A DNA stretch of 64,000 nucleotides from Paraphysomonas bandaiensis (Eukaryota; Protista; Chrysophyceae). A model generated the notes under the pieces. The model saw only the letters and a program-made list of their open reading frames with translations, ran no database searches and was not told the DNA's origin. Positions 24,572-37,053 of this stretch are shown in pieces. The position numbers were made by a program, and so were the translations under genes. Where the stretch lies: positions 124,001 through 188,000 of the forward strand of contig CBFFRP010000146.1 of assembly GCA_965644295.1 (NCBI GenBank), read 5' to 3'. The number at the start of each line of letters is the position of its first letter. The first letter of the stretch is position 1.

Positions 24572-25001
24572 TTACAGGGAGAGGTGCGAATCGCTAGTCA
24601 TTGGTGGGTGCGGCTGGCGGTTTAGCGTGCACATCTCGCCATTACAATACCCGCGTTTAAGAGTATCAGCAGTGTTAGTAAACTCACAACCTCCTCCACC
24701 ACATTCTCCCCCTTTACAACCATCAAAAATACAAGCACCACCTGATAAATTATCCGTTATATATGTCAGTTACTTATATATATTTACCGTTACAAACTGG
24801 ATTGACACAATTCACAAATTTACAGGCACCTCCACCACAATATACAGGCTCCTGACAATTTTCAAATAAACATGCCCCACCATTGCATTCATAATCACAT
24901 GCTACAGGTCTGTGTTTTACATTAAACATATCAGAGTAGGATACACTGATAGTGATAAGTAGCAGTGTATAGATAGATCTTAAACCAGTCATATTAACCA
25001 T
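24572..25001 (-). CDS. Small secreted Cys/Gly-repeat protein (exons 25001-24788 and 24741-24572)
   Basis: Signal-peptide-like N-terminus followed by four CxGGxCxF repeats. The intron keeps the frame to a TAA stop. Confidence 0.75.
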
Positions 25002-25641
25002 ATATATCAGTTCTCTATAGCTAGTGGTGTTGACGGATATCAGGTAGAGTAAAGTAACTTATAATGAGAATAATCTAAGCACTCTGTTGTATGTATGCAT
25101 ATATACTGTACGTAGAGTCCCATATGGCATATATATACACTTGTATCGTAGTTGTTAACGTAATTAAGGTACTGTACTGCTGTATACATTGCTGTGTACA
25201 TACTGTAGTTTCAAGGTTAAACTCTGTGATAAATATTCAGTTTCTATTTGTTAAAAGCAGGGTTTTCAGATATTAGAATCACAACATTCGCCGAAATCTA
25301 GGGACTACTTTTTTTTTGCTTTTTCTAAAAGTAATTTTTTTACATTTTATGCAGTGCATACATGCTATATCGTACACTCATCCAGTCAGGAAATTGTAAT
25401 TTTGTCCGGTGCAATATTCTTATTTCCTCCTGTACAGATGTCCATATGGACAGCAGTACATGCACATATCCATGCATGTCGAGTGTTGCATATCTTAAGG
25501 AGAGAACTGTTGCAATAAGCAGAGATCATTATAATTTTATAAGATACTGCATAGAATATGTATAAGTCATCACTGAAAGGGACTCATGCTGATGCCCATA
25601 ACCTGCTAACATATGTGCATACATGCATTCCTATACATTGA

Positions 25642-27876
25642 AAGTCTTTTTATTTAGCAATAGGCGTTAAAAACTCATTCCGATCCAGTGGCTAGTTGAA
25701 TGCTAGATCTACTAGTTAGACCTCTACCTATAACTAATCAGCACAAATTCTATTATCCTACTATTTAGTGCTACAGAAGCTGCTTGTGCGTCGCCGCAAG
25801 CACCAAGGTGCAACCACTTCCGTTCTTGATGTTGTGTGTGAGTTCGCCCTGCTCGTGTGTCTGAGGACTCACTGGCGCGTGTTGTCCGGGAGTCTCCCCT
25901 TGGGATAAGGTTCTGCCTGGCTCGGAGGTACAGGGTTCTGTATTAAGGTCCTGAGCGTACCGAGCACTAGATGTGTGCACTGAGAGGTTGATGGTGTGGT
26001 GGAATGTGGCGGTGTCGCCATGCACCGTCTGGGCGTTGGGCATAAGTGGAGTTGCCGGAGACGTCGTCACCGTTGTCTAGGGCATGTTGGTTTCATACGG
26101 TCCGGTGCTATGGTCCTTTGTGTATGGTTGGTAGGGTTCATAGGTGCGGTGGGCGGTGTTCCAGTCTCGGTTCGTCTGTGGATTCCTAGTCATCTTAGTA
26201 CCCTTGGGCGTTTCCGTTTCTGTCTATGTTTTGGATGCGGCCGCGGTAGTAGCTTTGGGGGACCTTTCTGTAGGGTAACGTATCTTCTACCTCGATCTTG
26301 GATCATTAGTTTTGCTGCAGCGAAAAGCGGTAGAAGCAATTTGATGATCGCTGATTCGATGCTGCGTAGTCCTTGGGATGTCAGTGACTCATGGATGTGA
26401 TCTCCAAAAGCCATTTCAAGCTGAGTAGTTGTGATGGTACCCGTCCAGAATCTCTCCACCTGTGGCACGGAAGGGTTCCAGGCCCTGCTGGAGAGTCACT
26501 GGAGTACAGTTGTGATCCATTGGGGTAGTTCCGGATTTCTCACTTCTTCTAGAAGCGCGTTTTTGTGGCTGTGAAATGCAGACTCCCTTATCTGTGTTAT
26601 GTTGTCATTTGTACAGTCTAGACACATATGCTTGAGTGAGTCTAGTCTAAATCCGCAGTCAGAACATGCGGCTTTAGCCATGTCGAGTCCGTGTTTGGTT
26701 TTCGCCCGGTTTCTTCCTATGCTGAAGGATTTGTCCCATGTCAGTGCTACATTGAGTACTCGCTGGCGCAGGTGGGAGCTCACTTTGTCCTTTGAGGGTC
26801 CACCATCTGCTTGCGCCAGTTTGCGCGGAAGTAGTGCTCCGCTGTCTTTCCAGTATCAGGATTGTGACCGGAGCGTTGGTCTCGGTGAGCTGTGTAGGCC
26901 TCCAGCGTCCGTTGATTACGGAGTGATTGGAAATCCGTGAGCAGGGGGCTAGTGCGATACGGCCGTCGTTCCCCAGTTAGACGCCAGTGCCATAAACCCT
27001 CGGTGAGTATTCTCTCAATGGCTTGGTCCACTTCTATGTTACAGACAGTGTAATTTTGTCGACCGAGGAGTCTATCTACCTCAAGCCAGTCCTCTCCTGC
27101 TACTGCGCAGACAGTATGAGCGCCATTGCTGCTCCCATGAGCTCGTATGCATACGGGCCAAGTCCAGGTACGTCGCTGAAGGGTGTCTCTAATCGCAGTA
27201 TTTTTGTTGTACCGGTCTTCCATTCATCCTCCGGTGGGAGCCAGACTGCCACCGCTCCTCCATAATGTGCCCATCTTGTGCGTGGGTGTACATGCGTAAT
27301 GCGGCGCGGGGATAGGGCTGTGGGCGTGTATGAGCCGTCCGTGAAGATTGCCTTATAGGTATCCGCGTTTGCATCATCCAGTCCTAATGTGCGGATAATG
27401 TTGGTCAGGGTGTTGGTATCTTGAGGTTCCGGATTTTCGGGTTGGTGGAGTGTGAGGCCAACCTCCGTACCCCATTCCCGTAGGCTTAAGGCAAAGTGGT
27501 GGTAGTTTGGGTACGGAGCGGTAGTCTGTGTTAGAAGAAAGTGCGCTGCGTCACCGGTATCTCCGCCTAGGATTATGGCGCGCTGTAGGGAGCCCCATTT
27601 TTGTTCTTGAGCGGAATCTGAGAAGCGTTTCATTCCAAGTCCATTATGCCTGAGAGAGAGGTAGATCAATTCCGTGGGGTATCCAGGACTCAGGCTTAGT
27701 GCTGTCCTGTAAAGGGTTGCGCAGGTGGAATCGATGTCCTTGTAACATTGTAGGGGCCAAGAAGCCTTGGTGGCCTTGTAAAGTAGAGTGGGGATGATTT
27801 GGGTCTCTATAACCATGACTTTGCAACCCGCTGAGGCGTGCTTGATCCCAAGGTGTGTGCCCGCTGCCTTTGCACA
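25642..27876 (-). mobile_element. Degenerate 5'-truncated non-LTR retrotransposon (post-RT region, RNase H, CCHC knuckle, 3' UTR)
   Basis: LIYLSLRHNGLGM (post-RT), IFTDGS...AYELMG (RNase H) and CSDCGFRLDSLKHMCLDC. Contains stops and frameshifts. Imperfect TSD CCTATACATTGA/CCTATAGATCGA. Confidence 0.85.
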
Positions 27877-28478
27877 CCTATAGATCGATACATGTATACA
27901 CACATAAGCATATATACAGTATGATAGGAGCTGTTCGGTGTATGTATATTACATCCATGTATACAGTAATTGCGTTGCATATATAATGTATGAGGGGTGT
28001 ATTCATCTGCAATAAGTAAGAAAAGTTCTAGAGAGGAATGACATTAAGAAGCATGTGTAGTCTAGTTAGCGTATGAATAGCACAGGATTCATAAGCATTC
28101 ATTACTTACGAGGGCTTTAATGTTTTTATAATGCTGAATGCATAATGTATGATATATGGTCATAGACAGGAGTGGCTATTGCAATAGATGCATTTGCTTT
28201 TATTAATGCTGCTGGAACAATGCAGCTGACTTACGCACTGATTAGTGTATTGTAAGCCGATATGCCAGGTACACAAGCATGCTAGTGAATTTCATATTAC
28301 AGCTTTTATGATACACTCAAGGAAATCTAAATCAATATAGGAGTAAAGACGCAACGGTGATTCTTCCGAATAAGACTCCATTAGGTTTTAATAATGTAAT
28401 ATAGATCGATTCACTTTCCACATATTCACCACACTATCACACAAACACCAATTTACACTATAAAATGCATACACCAGC

Positions 28479-31400
28479 TTACTTAATCCAACTCATTGCA
28501 AACTCCGATCTTGTTTCCACTCCCTTACGTAAATTTTGAACCAGTGATGAGAGCCCAAGAGCTTCCTCAATCTGTATGGAAAAAGTAAGAAAAGATCAGC
28601 GATGTACCTCAAGTAAAAATACCTCCCCGTCAGAAACGCCAGTGTCTGCTGAAGTCTGTTGGCTCTGAAAAGATACCGGACGGTTGCCGGAATCTATCGT
28701 CTCACTCCGCCTCATTTGTTTATGCGAAAAGTCGATCAGATCGTCTCGTCTCTTAATGGCTGCGAAATTTGGAGGAGATGATTCACACTCTTCAGTTTGG
28801 GGAACCACTACATTAGAATTTTCAGCAACGGTTGACCGCTTCCGAATAATGTCGATCAGAGTTGGATTGACAAAAGATGATCGTCTCCTGCCGCGGTTTC
28901 TAGTGGCAGGGGCGGTTTCCTTTCTCTTAGACGGCTCAAGGTAGTTCCTGTAAAATAACATTAAAATTCATGGTATTTCCACTATTATTGTCTACACACC
29001 CAAAAAAGTTTCTGAGCTCAGCCAACTTTTTCCCGTGGATTGAAAATAGGTGACAAAACGTCTCTGCAACAACATCCACAGTCTTCGTCGACAGCTGACG
29101 CTTCAAAAAAGTAGACTGTTTCTTCTTCTCGTCACCAGCATTTTTGATCGTTATCTATATGGAGATATGTGTGTAATCAAACCAACTCATCACAACAAAC
29201 CAACTCAACAATACCTCTACATCAACAATGCCAACTAAGCGTCCGTTTTTGTCGCGCATATCTTGTTTAACGTGATACGATACATCCTGGACTTCGTCGT
29301 CTTCGTTGTCAGAGTCAGAATCTGTATTATCACTGAATTCCACAACTTCAGGAACACTGACTTGTTTACGTATACTACGGTGTCGTCTACTGCCCTCACG
29401 TCTGCTGCTTTCGTTGGCACAATATACCCTTCGACTGCTGTGCATGCTCTCCTTCCTTCGAACACTTGGACCCTCAATGTTCGTGTCGCACACAGCCATC
29501 GACTCGAGTTCGTCAAACTTAATCACAGCCTTACCGCAGAGACCTCCATCCTGATAATTTATCGTCAATTCCACATGTAACAAATAACATTGCAAAACCT
29601 TAGCTTCTCTGTCATTGAAGACAAGTATACGTATATCAGTCGCAGCTCGCGGGGCGTGAAAAGTGAACGTCTCGTTCCATATAGTCCGGCCTCTTGAAGT
29701 TGACTTCTGTGTTGATCTCGTTTTTCGTGCACCACAATTCAGTCTGGCGTACAGGGTTTTGGGAGCAAAAGGACTAGAACTGCTTTTCGTTGGTGACACA
29801 TCACGGAGCGCCCCTAGTTTCACCGTGACTAGTTTTCCGGGAGACATAGCGGATGACGTGTTTAGCCGACCCTCTCTGCAAAGCGCCTCGCCCTCCTGGA
29901 AATATTCTCTGTCACCGCTGGATTCACCCTTCGAGTTATAGTATCGTGCAAATGCCCTGCCCTTGCGCAGAATATGTATGTCAGTATCGTCTCCAGTACA
30001 CAGTATAACCTGACCAGGTGTCGCAATGGTTGGTTCAATAAACCTGACCATGCTGTAGACAAACCCAAGCTGGTACTCCGAGGCTTCTGTATCAAGTAAA
30101 CAAAGTGAACACAGTGCGTCAAAGCAGTTCAGTTGAATGAACTCTAAAAGAAGTGGCTTCGGAATTAGTCTGAAGTCAGACAACTCCACGCTATTATCAA
30201 GATCTGACGAGAGGTAGTCGTAGTACATTGCAACACTGCTTCGTATAGATTCGTTGAACTGATTGCTGGCACAAAATTGAATCATAGATTCGCGACTCCG
30301 ACGCACAGACCCACTCTGTTTGTCCACATTTTCAATTATAGAGCTCAGCACAGCAGTAACACCAGCATCACAGAGAATTGCACCCGTAATCATTATAAAT
30401 ATAGAGTATATTCTTTCCACATCGGTGGCCATTGAAATATTACCGTATCCAACAGTCACGATGGTATATATTGCCCACAAGTACCCCCTTGAATATATCG
30501 ACACAGAAGACATGTTATCATATTCATTTTCCTGTATCCAGGAACTTTCACCTTGGACCCCTATCCAGCATAGCATACAGCAGGCTAGATGACCAAAATA
30601 CCACATTACAGCTACCATCTTTAGAATGCGCACGTGGTCTGCGGAGAGCCGTTTCCCTGATATACTTTCCACAATGGTGAGGAGTCGCTGAAAGTGTCTG
30701 TTCACACCACGTAGTCTCATTAAGTACAGAATCCTTAAGAACACAAAAGTCGAGACGTTTCGAGTTATTCCATACCACAATAGAGCAATCGGTAAGGATG
30801 ATACGACATCCCACTTTAAGTGGCGATCAATGTAAATAGCTGAATACTCACTTCTACATGTCATGAGAACACCATCTTCGTCAAGAGCAAAATAACGCAA
30901 ATTTAAATATATGTCAACGGAGAAAAATACAAAGAGCATAGTATCAAATACTCCCACTGTAACGTCGATTTGACTGAAGGCAATAAAGAACGGAACAGTC
31001 GCCGCAATGTAAGTCCCAAACATAACTGTCAGCAGTGTCCATATACGAGAAAAGTTCGAGTCGGGAAGTATACAAAACTCAGTTCGAGTGGTTTTTTTAT
31101 CGGTCGATACGATTCGCGACATTTTCGAATTTTTCAAGTTCCCATTTAGTGTTTGCACTAAATGTGCTGTTGATGTTTTCCAGAGAGCAACAAAATTTAC
31201 TCTCAATAAGCTTTCAAACTGATCTTCGTATCCGTAGTGTTCTACTAGCTCCCAGAAACTTTCATACGTCATCTCAAAACAAACAACATCAGATATGGCT
31301 TGCGCAGCACACGAGTAACACGCTTTCGTAAAGAACTCCGACTCGCCCAGAATACCAACAGAGCTAAACAATTTCGAATATTGCTGGCCCGTACCCTCGT

Positions 31401-34400
31401 TGACAAATGAAACCTCCCCACTGATCATTATATATATTGACAGAGCAGCCTCTCCGGAATGAAAAATAAAATCAGGAGACATGTAGTGCTGCAAATCTGA
31501 TAGTAGTGTTAGCTGTTTACTTCAACATGTTTACACGCTTACCCATACGTGCACTAATGTCATATCTGAATCCACTATGGCACTGCTTCACAAAAAATAA
31601 GTTGTCAATTTTATTTCTCAGTAAATTGGCAGTGAGCTCAGAATATATATGAGGGGAAACGAATTGTCTGATTTCATGGCCTGTAAACACGTATATATAA
31701 GTGGTAAATCTATTAATAATTCAAAGCAGTCATACTTTGTGCCCCTCTTTGTAGCGTCCATAATTTGTCCATGTATGCACTAGCTTTCCGCATCAACTCA
31801 TCCGACGATTTTTCTCGAAGAAGAAGTCTCTTGATGCGATCACAACGGTTTCTATATATGTCTGAAGTCACATCCAAATGAGAAACTATGTCTTGAAGGC
31901 AGGTCACAACCTAACATAACGGTTACATAAATAAAATAGAAAATATAGGATTGGCTAACCATTGTGTACACTGCGGTCCCAACAATGAATACAAATAAAG
32001 AAAATATATGTTCTGTGAGGGACACGGCAGCTATGTCACCATATCCAACTGTTGTCAACGTTGCTGTGGCCCAATATATGGAATATACGTACTGCATGTA
32101 AAGTAAGACATATTTATTATTGACCATGGTTTTACCTGTTAAAGCAGCATGTCGAATGGGGGAGGTCCATTACAGTTGTCACTTTGTCCATAGGATTTAA
32201 ACGAACACGACCTGAAATAAAATATCAATTAGAGTGTTCATTTAAATAAGATTTTAACACGATGGTACCTTAAAATGCCGGCGCTATCAGCCCAATTATT
32301 ACTATTTCCATTTATATGTGCCTGAATTCCGATGAGTTACTTTTAAAATGTATAATAGAAATACACCGCACCTGGTTACCAACAATGAAAAACAAACATC
32401 CCACTACATGTGCAGAAAGGAAAACCACAAACATAAGCTTGAATATACGAATAGCGTAGCGAAACCCGGAACTTAATTTCGTGAAAAGAACATCTTCATA
32501 AGACTGTACATGCGATGGCAAATCTAACACCCGGGCCAGTTTGTTCAAACGATACACGGCTAAAGTTTGACCCAAGCTTAGACCAGGTAAAGCACCAGAT
32601 AGAACAAGTATATCAAAAGGAATGGAGGCAAAGGCGTGTATAATGAAATTGTGCGAAAGATAATTGGCCTTAATCTTGGCTCTGGACATAACCAGTTCAT
32701 TCTTGTCAGTGTATGCTAGAAAAATCATTCTCAGAATGATGTCTACCACGTACATAATATCCCCAAGACAGTCTATTCCAAGGAATGGCGAGATAACAGA
32801 TTCAACCCCTTCCATGAAAGTAACGCGGGCAAGAATCAAAAGCAAGTTATATATAGTGACAAGCGTAAGAATCACAAGCCATATATTGTACCCCATTGAT
32901 TGTGGTTTGACGAAGACTTTGTCACTATCTATCACACCCATCTCATGGATCACCTGTAACGCCCGTATTGATGGAGCAGGAGTGTCAATGATAGACTTGG
33001 CAGCAGTTTTGGCAGCCTCGTGCATATTCTCCATCACATCCTTGGTAGACCGTAAACCGTGCTCTCTGACCAGCTCTTGAAATTTTGACCTTCTCAGATA
33101 CCATATCTCACTGTTCGTATAAGCCTCTGCTCTGAAATTACAATATCCACTTTCTTCAAAAAGAAAAATTTCTGCAAAACTATCTCCATGTGAAAGTTTT
33201 TGTGTCTTTCGCCCCTGTGCAGTCAAAATCTGGACTAATCCACTTTGCACAAAATACATTCCACTGGCCGGGGTGCCAGGAGATATAATCACAGATCCAC
33301 TAACTACAAATTGAAGTTCGATGGAAAGCATAAGTTGACGAATGAAACCAGAGTCACACTGTGAGAATAGCTTGGAGGAGAGGACCGAGTCCATGACCAT
33401 AAACTGGCGCAAATCTTCCTGCAAGTAATCCGGGAGCATACTCGAAATCAACTTCGCTTCATCCATTCCTTGTCGTTCACGATCCATGTAGTCCAGATAG
33501 GCAAGTACCCCCATGTGTTCTTTCTCGTCAAGAGATTTTCTCAACAGTTTGTCATCTACATTCATAGATATCTGATTTTGATTTACAGATATGGTCTGCA
33601 AAAAAGTCTTAACTACTTCCTTTCTGTGCCCAATGTTACCCACAGATGTGTCAGTATTGTGGAAATAGGATGCAGCATTGGCAATGATAGTCGCACAGGT
33701 GCAAGATCCCACAATGGAGGACACCACTACATACACAGTGGTAGAAGTTGAATCGGCGACAACATCTCCATACCCTACTGTTGTCATAGTAGTAATACAC
33801 CAGTACAAACTCTCAGCAAATGCGCTGCCACTTCCATCAACATGCAGCAGTGACCACCCAATAGCAGTCCAGAGACATACAAAAAGAGTAACTATACTAA
33901 GATGCACCACTGTGATACCTTCCGTGCTAATAAGAGTTAAATTCCTTTGCTTCTCGAAGAAATTCAAAAAGTTGGAGATGTTTTCAAACAGAAGTATGCC
34001 CCAAAGGAGTTTCGAAAGCCTAATACTGTTCGTCATATAATATCAAACAGAAGAAATTGACCTTACCTGAGGCAGAGCACATACCCTATAAACGGTGCTA
34101 AGAGGTCTAAAGGAATCACAGCCACAAGTGACACGTATGCCCTCCACGACCCTATAAATTTGTTGAATATCTCCCTCGGATCTGCAACTACAACGTGTTG
34201 TTCGGATTCAAAATGCGTGAAAGCAAAGAAAAAACTGTTCAAGAGAATATCAACAATGAATAATACATCCAGAAAGTAGTCGACGACTAGGCTCCAATCC
34301 CATTGCGAAAGGCACCCTCCAATAGAACCATCATAACAGTCAATATAGGCCAAAATTCTACGCAATCCATTATCACAAGACGTAATTGAGCAGCTTCATG

Positions 34401-36173
34401 AAACACACCCTACCTGAATGGAACCGCCAATAAAAAGTAAAATGTCATTAGTATAACAACCATCGACCAAACTGCCCTACATACCAAACAGAACTTTAAC
34501 TCAGAGCAGTGAAATGTAAAATACGATATGTACCGAAAAATAGAATTAGGTAGAATCACAAATTTTCTCGTTTCTGGACACAAATTTAGAGCATCTCAGT
34601 AAACCTTTATCACTATACCAGTTACAACGTCTGCCATCATCTCAGCCATGCGTTTCTTTTTGCTGCTCTCTTCTATGGAAGTGCGCACTTTTAACACCCT
34701 CATGAGAAACTTCTTGTGACTCTCGATAGTAGCCTCCACAGACTGCTGCTTCGTCGACAACCATGTCTCCACATCCAACTTTCGATGGTGATCATTACTC
34801 TCTACGATCGCTTCCACTAAGGCATCGTAAGACAATACCATAACTTCTGTGTAAGCGGCCGCTTCTGCCTTTACTTCGCTAGGAGTTCCAAATAAGAGCT
34901 GAAAGTCGCCAATAGAGTCTCCCGCCATGCAAGTAAAGAGAGCACTCCGCGAACCCTCTACTTTAACTTCAATTCTACCTGATCTCACCAACAACAACTC
35001 TCTCCTACGCTCAGATTGAAAGAAGACGACAGCACCCGGGGCGTACGTGCGGAAAGTAAGTTTCTCGGTGGCAAGATTAACGAGGCGAACGGGCATATGC
35101 TCGAAGAAAGGAACAGTAGAAAGATGAGCGGCATATGTACGCTTTATCTCTCGTAAAAGAGGACGAGGAATATCACAAAGGAATTCACATTCCAATTGTC
35201 CGCACTGACGAGTGAATAGGAAGTTAAATAATCCGTCGACGCGAAGTCGAAGTTCGTCAGGTACATCTCGCAGAGCCAACAATGTTTTCAATGTTGCCAT
35301 CTCACTACGAAAGAACTTAGTAGAAACATCCTTGTTGGAAAGAAGTGAGGTAATAGAAGAAATAAGAAATCCATAAAAAAGCGACCCATTAAGTATAAGG
35401 AACATCGCGAAAACGATTTCCACGTTGTTGACAGGGCTGATATCGCCGAATCCAATAGTGAAAAGTGTCTGCACGACAAAGTGTAACGACCGAACATATG
35501 CGGAGAGAGTGCTACTACTATTCAAATACTCATCTTCAGCAACCCAGGCATTTTTATGGGGACAGGTTCCTCTATGCGGGCATGATATATAAAACCATAG
35601 GCTAGCAAAGGTAGACAAGTGGATAGTGGTCAGGACAAACGTGAACAGCACTCGAGAAAGGGTGTCGTTTACGAGGGCATTAATGTCCTTGAATTTGCTT
35701 TTGAGAGAGTAATATAAGCGAACAACGTTAATAGTTTTGATCATACGTGGAATGCAAAGCAAAGCTAGGCGTGACCCTCTGACACTTGCGGCCTTAGCTA
35801 CCGGCACACCCACGAGTGGAAACACTGCGATCATATCAACTGCAAATGACACAACGTCCATTTTCGAACTCTCTACAATGCCCTGTCGTTGTAAGGGTTT
35901 ACGGGAGGCATTGCGGTATGGCGAGAACTGAAGAAGTTGAACTAGTAACTCTATAAAGCAGAACACATCACAGCATATTCCCAGCACTGCTACCCCGTTA
36001 TCCAGAACAACATCCTGAATAATACATACAATCACCGGCGTTATCAAGCATGTGATCCATGAAAATAAAAACTTTAGAAGGATCCAATACTTTTCTAATC
36101 GAGCAGGACCTCGACTAGCCCCTCGCAACTCTCTTGCGGGTATAACACGTGCTTTCCTCCTAATAGAACGCAT
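28479..36173 (-). CDS. Single-chain four-repeat K+ channel (CNGK/tetraKCNG-like): 4x(6TM + pore + CNBD), with a C2 domain
   Basis: Four selectivity filters TIGFGD, TVGYGD, TVGYGD and TVGYGN, each followed by a C-linker and CNBD. C2-like LYARL...IWNETFTF...IRILVFND...GLCGKAVI. Multi-exon; stop at 28479-28481. Confidence 0.9.
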
Positions 36174-37053
36174 ATCTCTCTTCTAATGAAAAGAAACTTT
36201 ATATTACATGTAATGTATTGTGATTTCATCTCTTCTATATCCTCCACAAATAATAATAATTAAAGATACTATAATATGGGCAGGTGGCCGAGGTCTTGGA
36301 ATTAGTCCTAATTATATATGAAACTATCCAGTCATTCCTATGATATCATACGTACCGTCTACACTGCTGTATACATACATACATAGCTATAGTATGTACA
36401 CTATGTGAGCACTATATATGCTTTACTGACCAATTGTTTGCCTATAAATTATTATATTAATATTTTATTGGTTCACTGTATATGAAGTAGTGTACAGTAT
36501 ATATCCCACTTCTTGGATATGTTTTCAAAATGAAAACTGAAAATGATCCAACCGTTGAAGATGACATTTCAAATACAAGTATATTATATTTGATTCTTTT
36601 TTGAAGAAATTCGAAGTCATTTTAACCGTACTACAAAAACAGATGTACAGTAGTGTATACATACATACATACATCCCTCTGTATGAGTGTATGTATAGAT
36701 CTCATACAGCAGTATGTATGTACAGCAGTGTATATATAGGGAGATGAGTAGATGTGTGTAGACATATGAATCTACCGTACATATCACACCATACCTAAAC
36801 CCATCAAGAATCAAACTACCTCTTCAATTCAAACGAAATCCAATCCAATCCTATTATTCATAGGGATAATCTGAATGTTTTACTAAGAGAATAACACTGT
36901 ATTTCGTATTAATACACGGATCCATCATCTCTGCTCTATAGTCACAGTGTCTCCTCTCCTCACCCAGTAGTTACATACCCAACCATCACTAGTTGAGGTG
37001 TATGTCGAGACTATACTTATCTTCTATAGATATTTACTAGTGTTACTTTAGTA

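Noticed and set aside
24700-24715. Apparent frameshift in the Cys-rich gene
   Set aside because: The run is five C residues, which keeps the frame (K-G-G-E-C).
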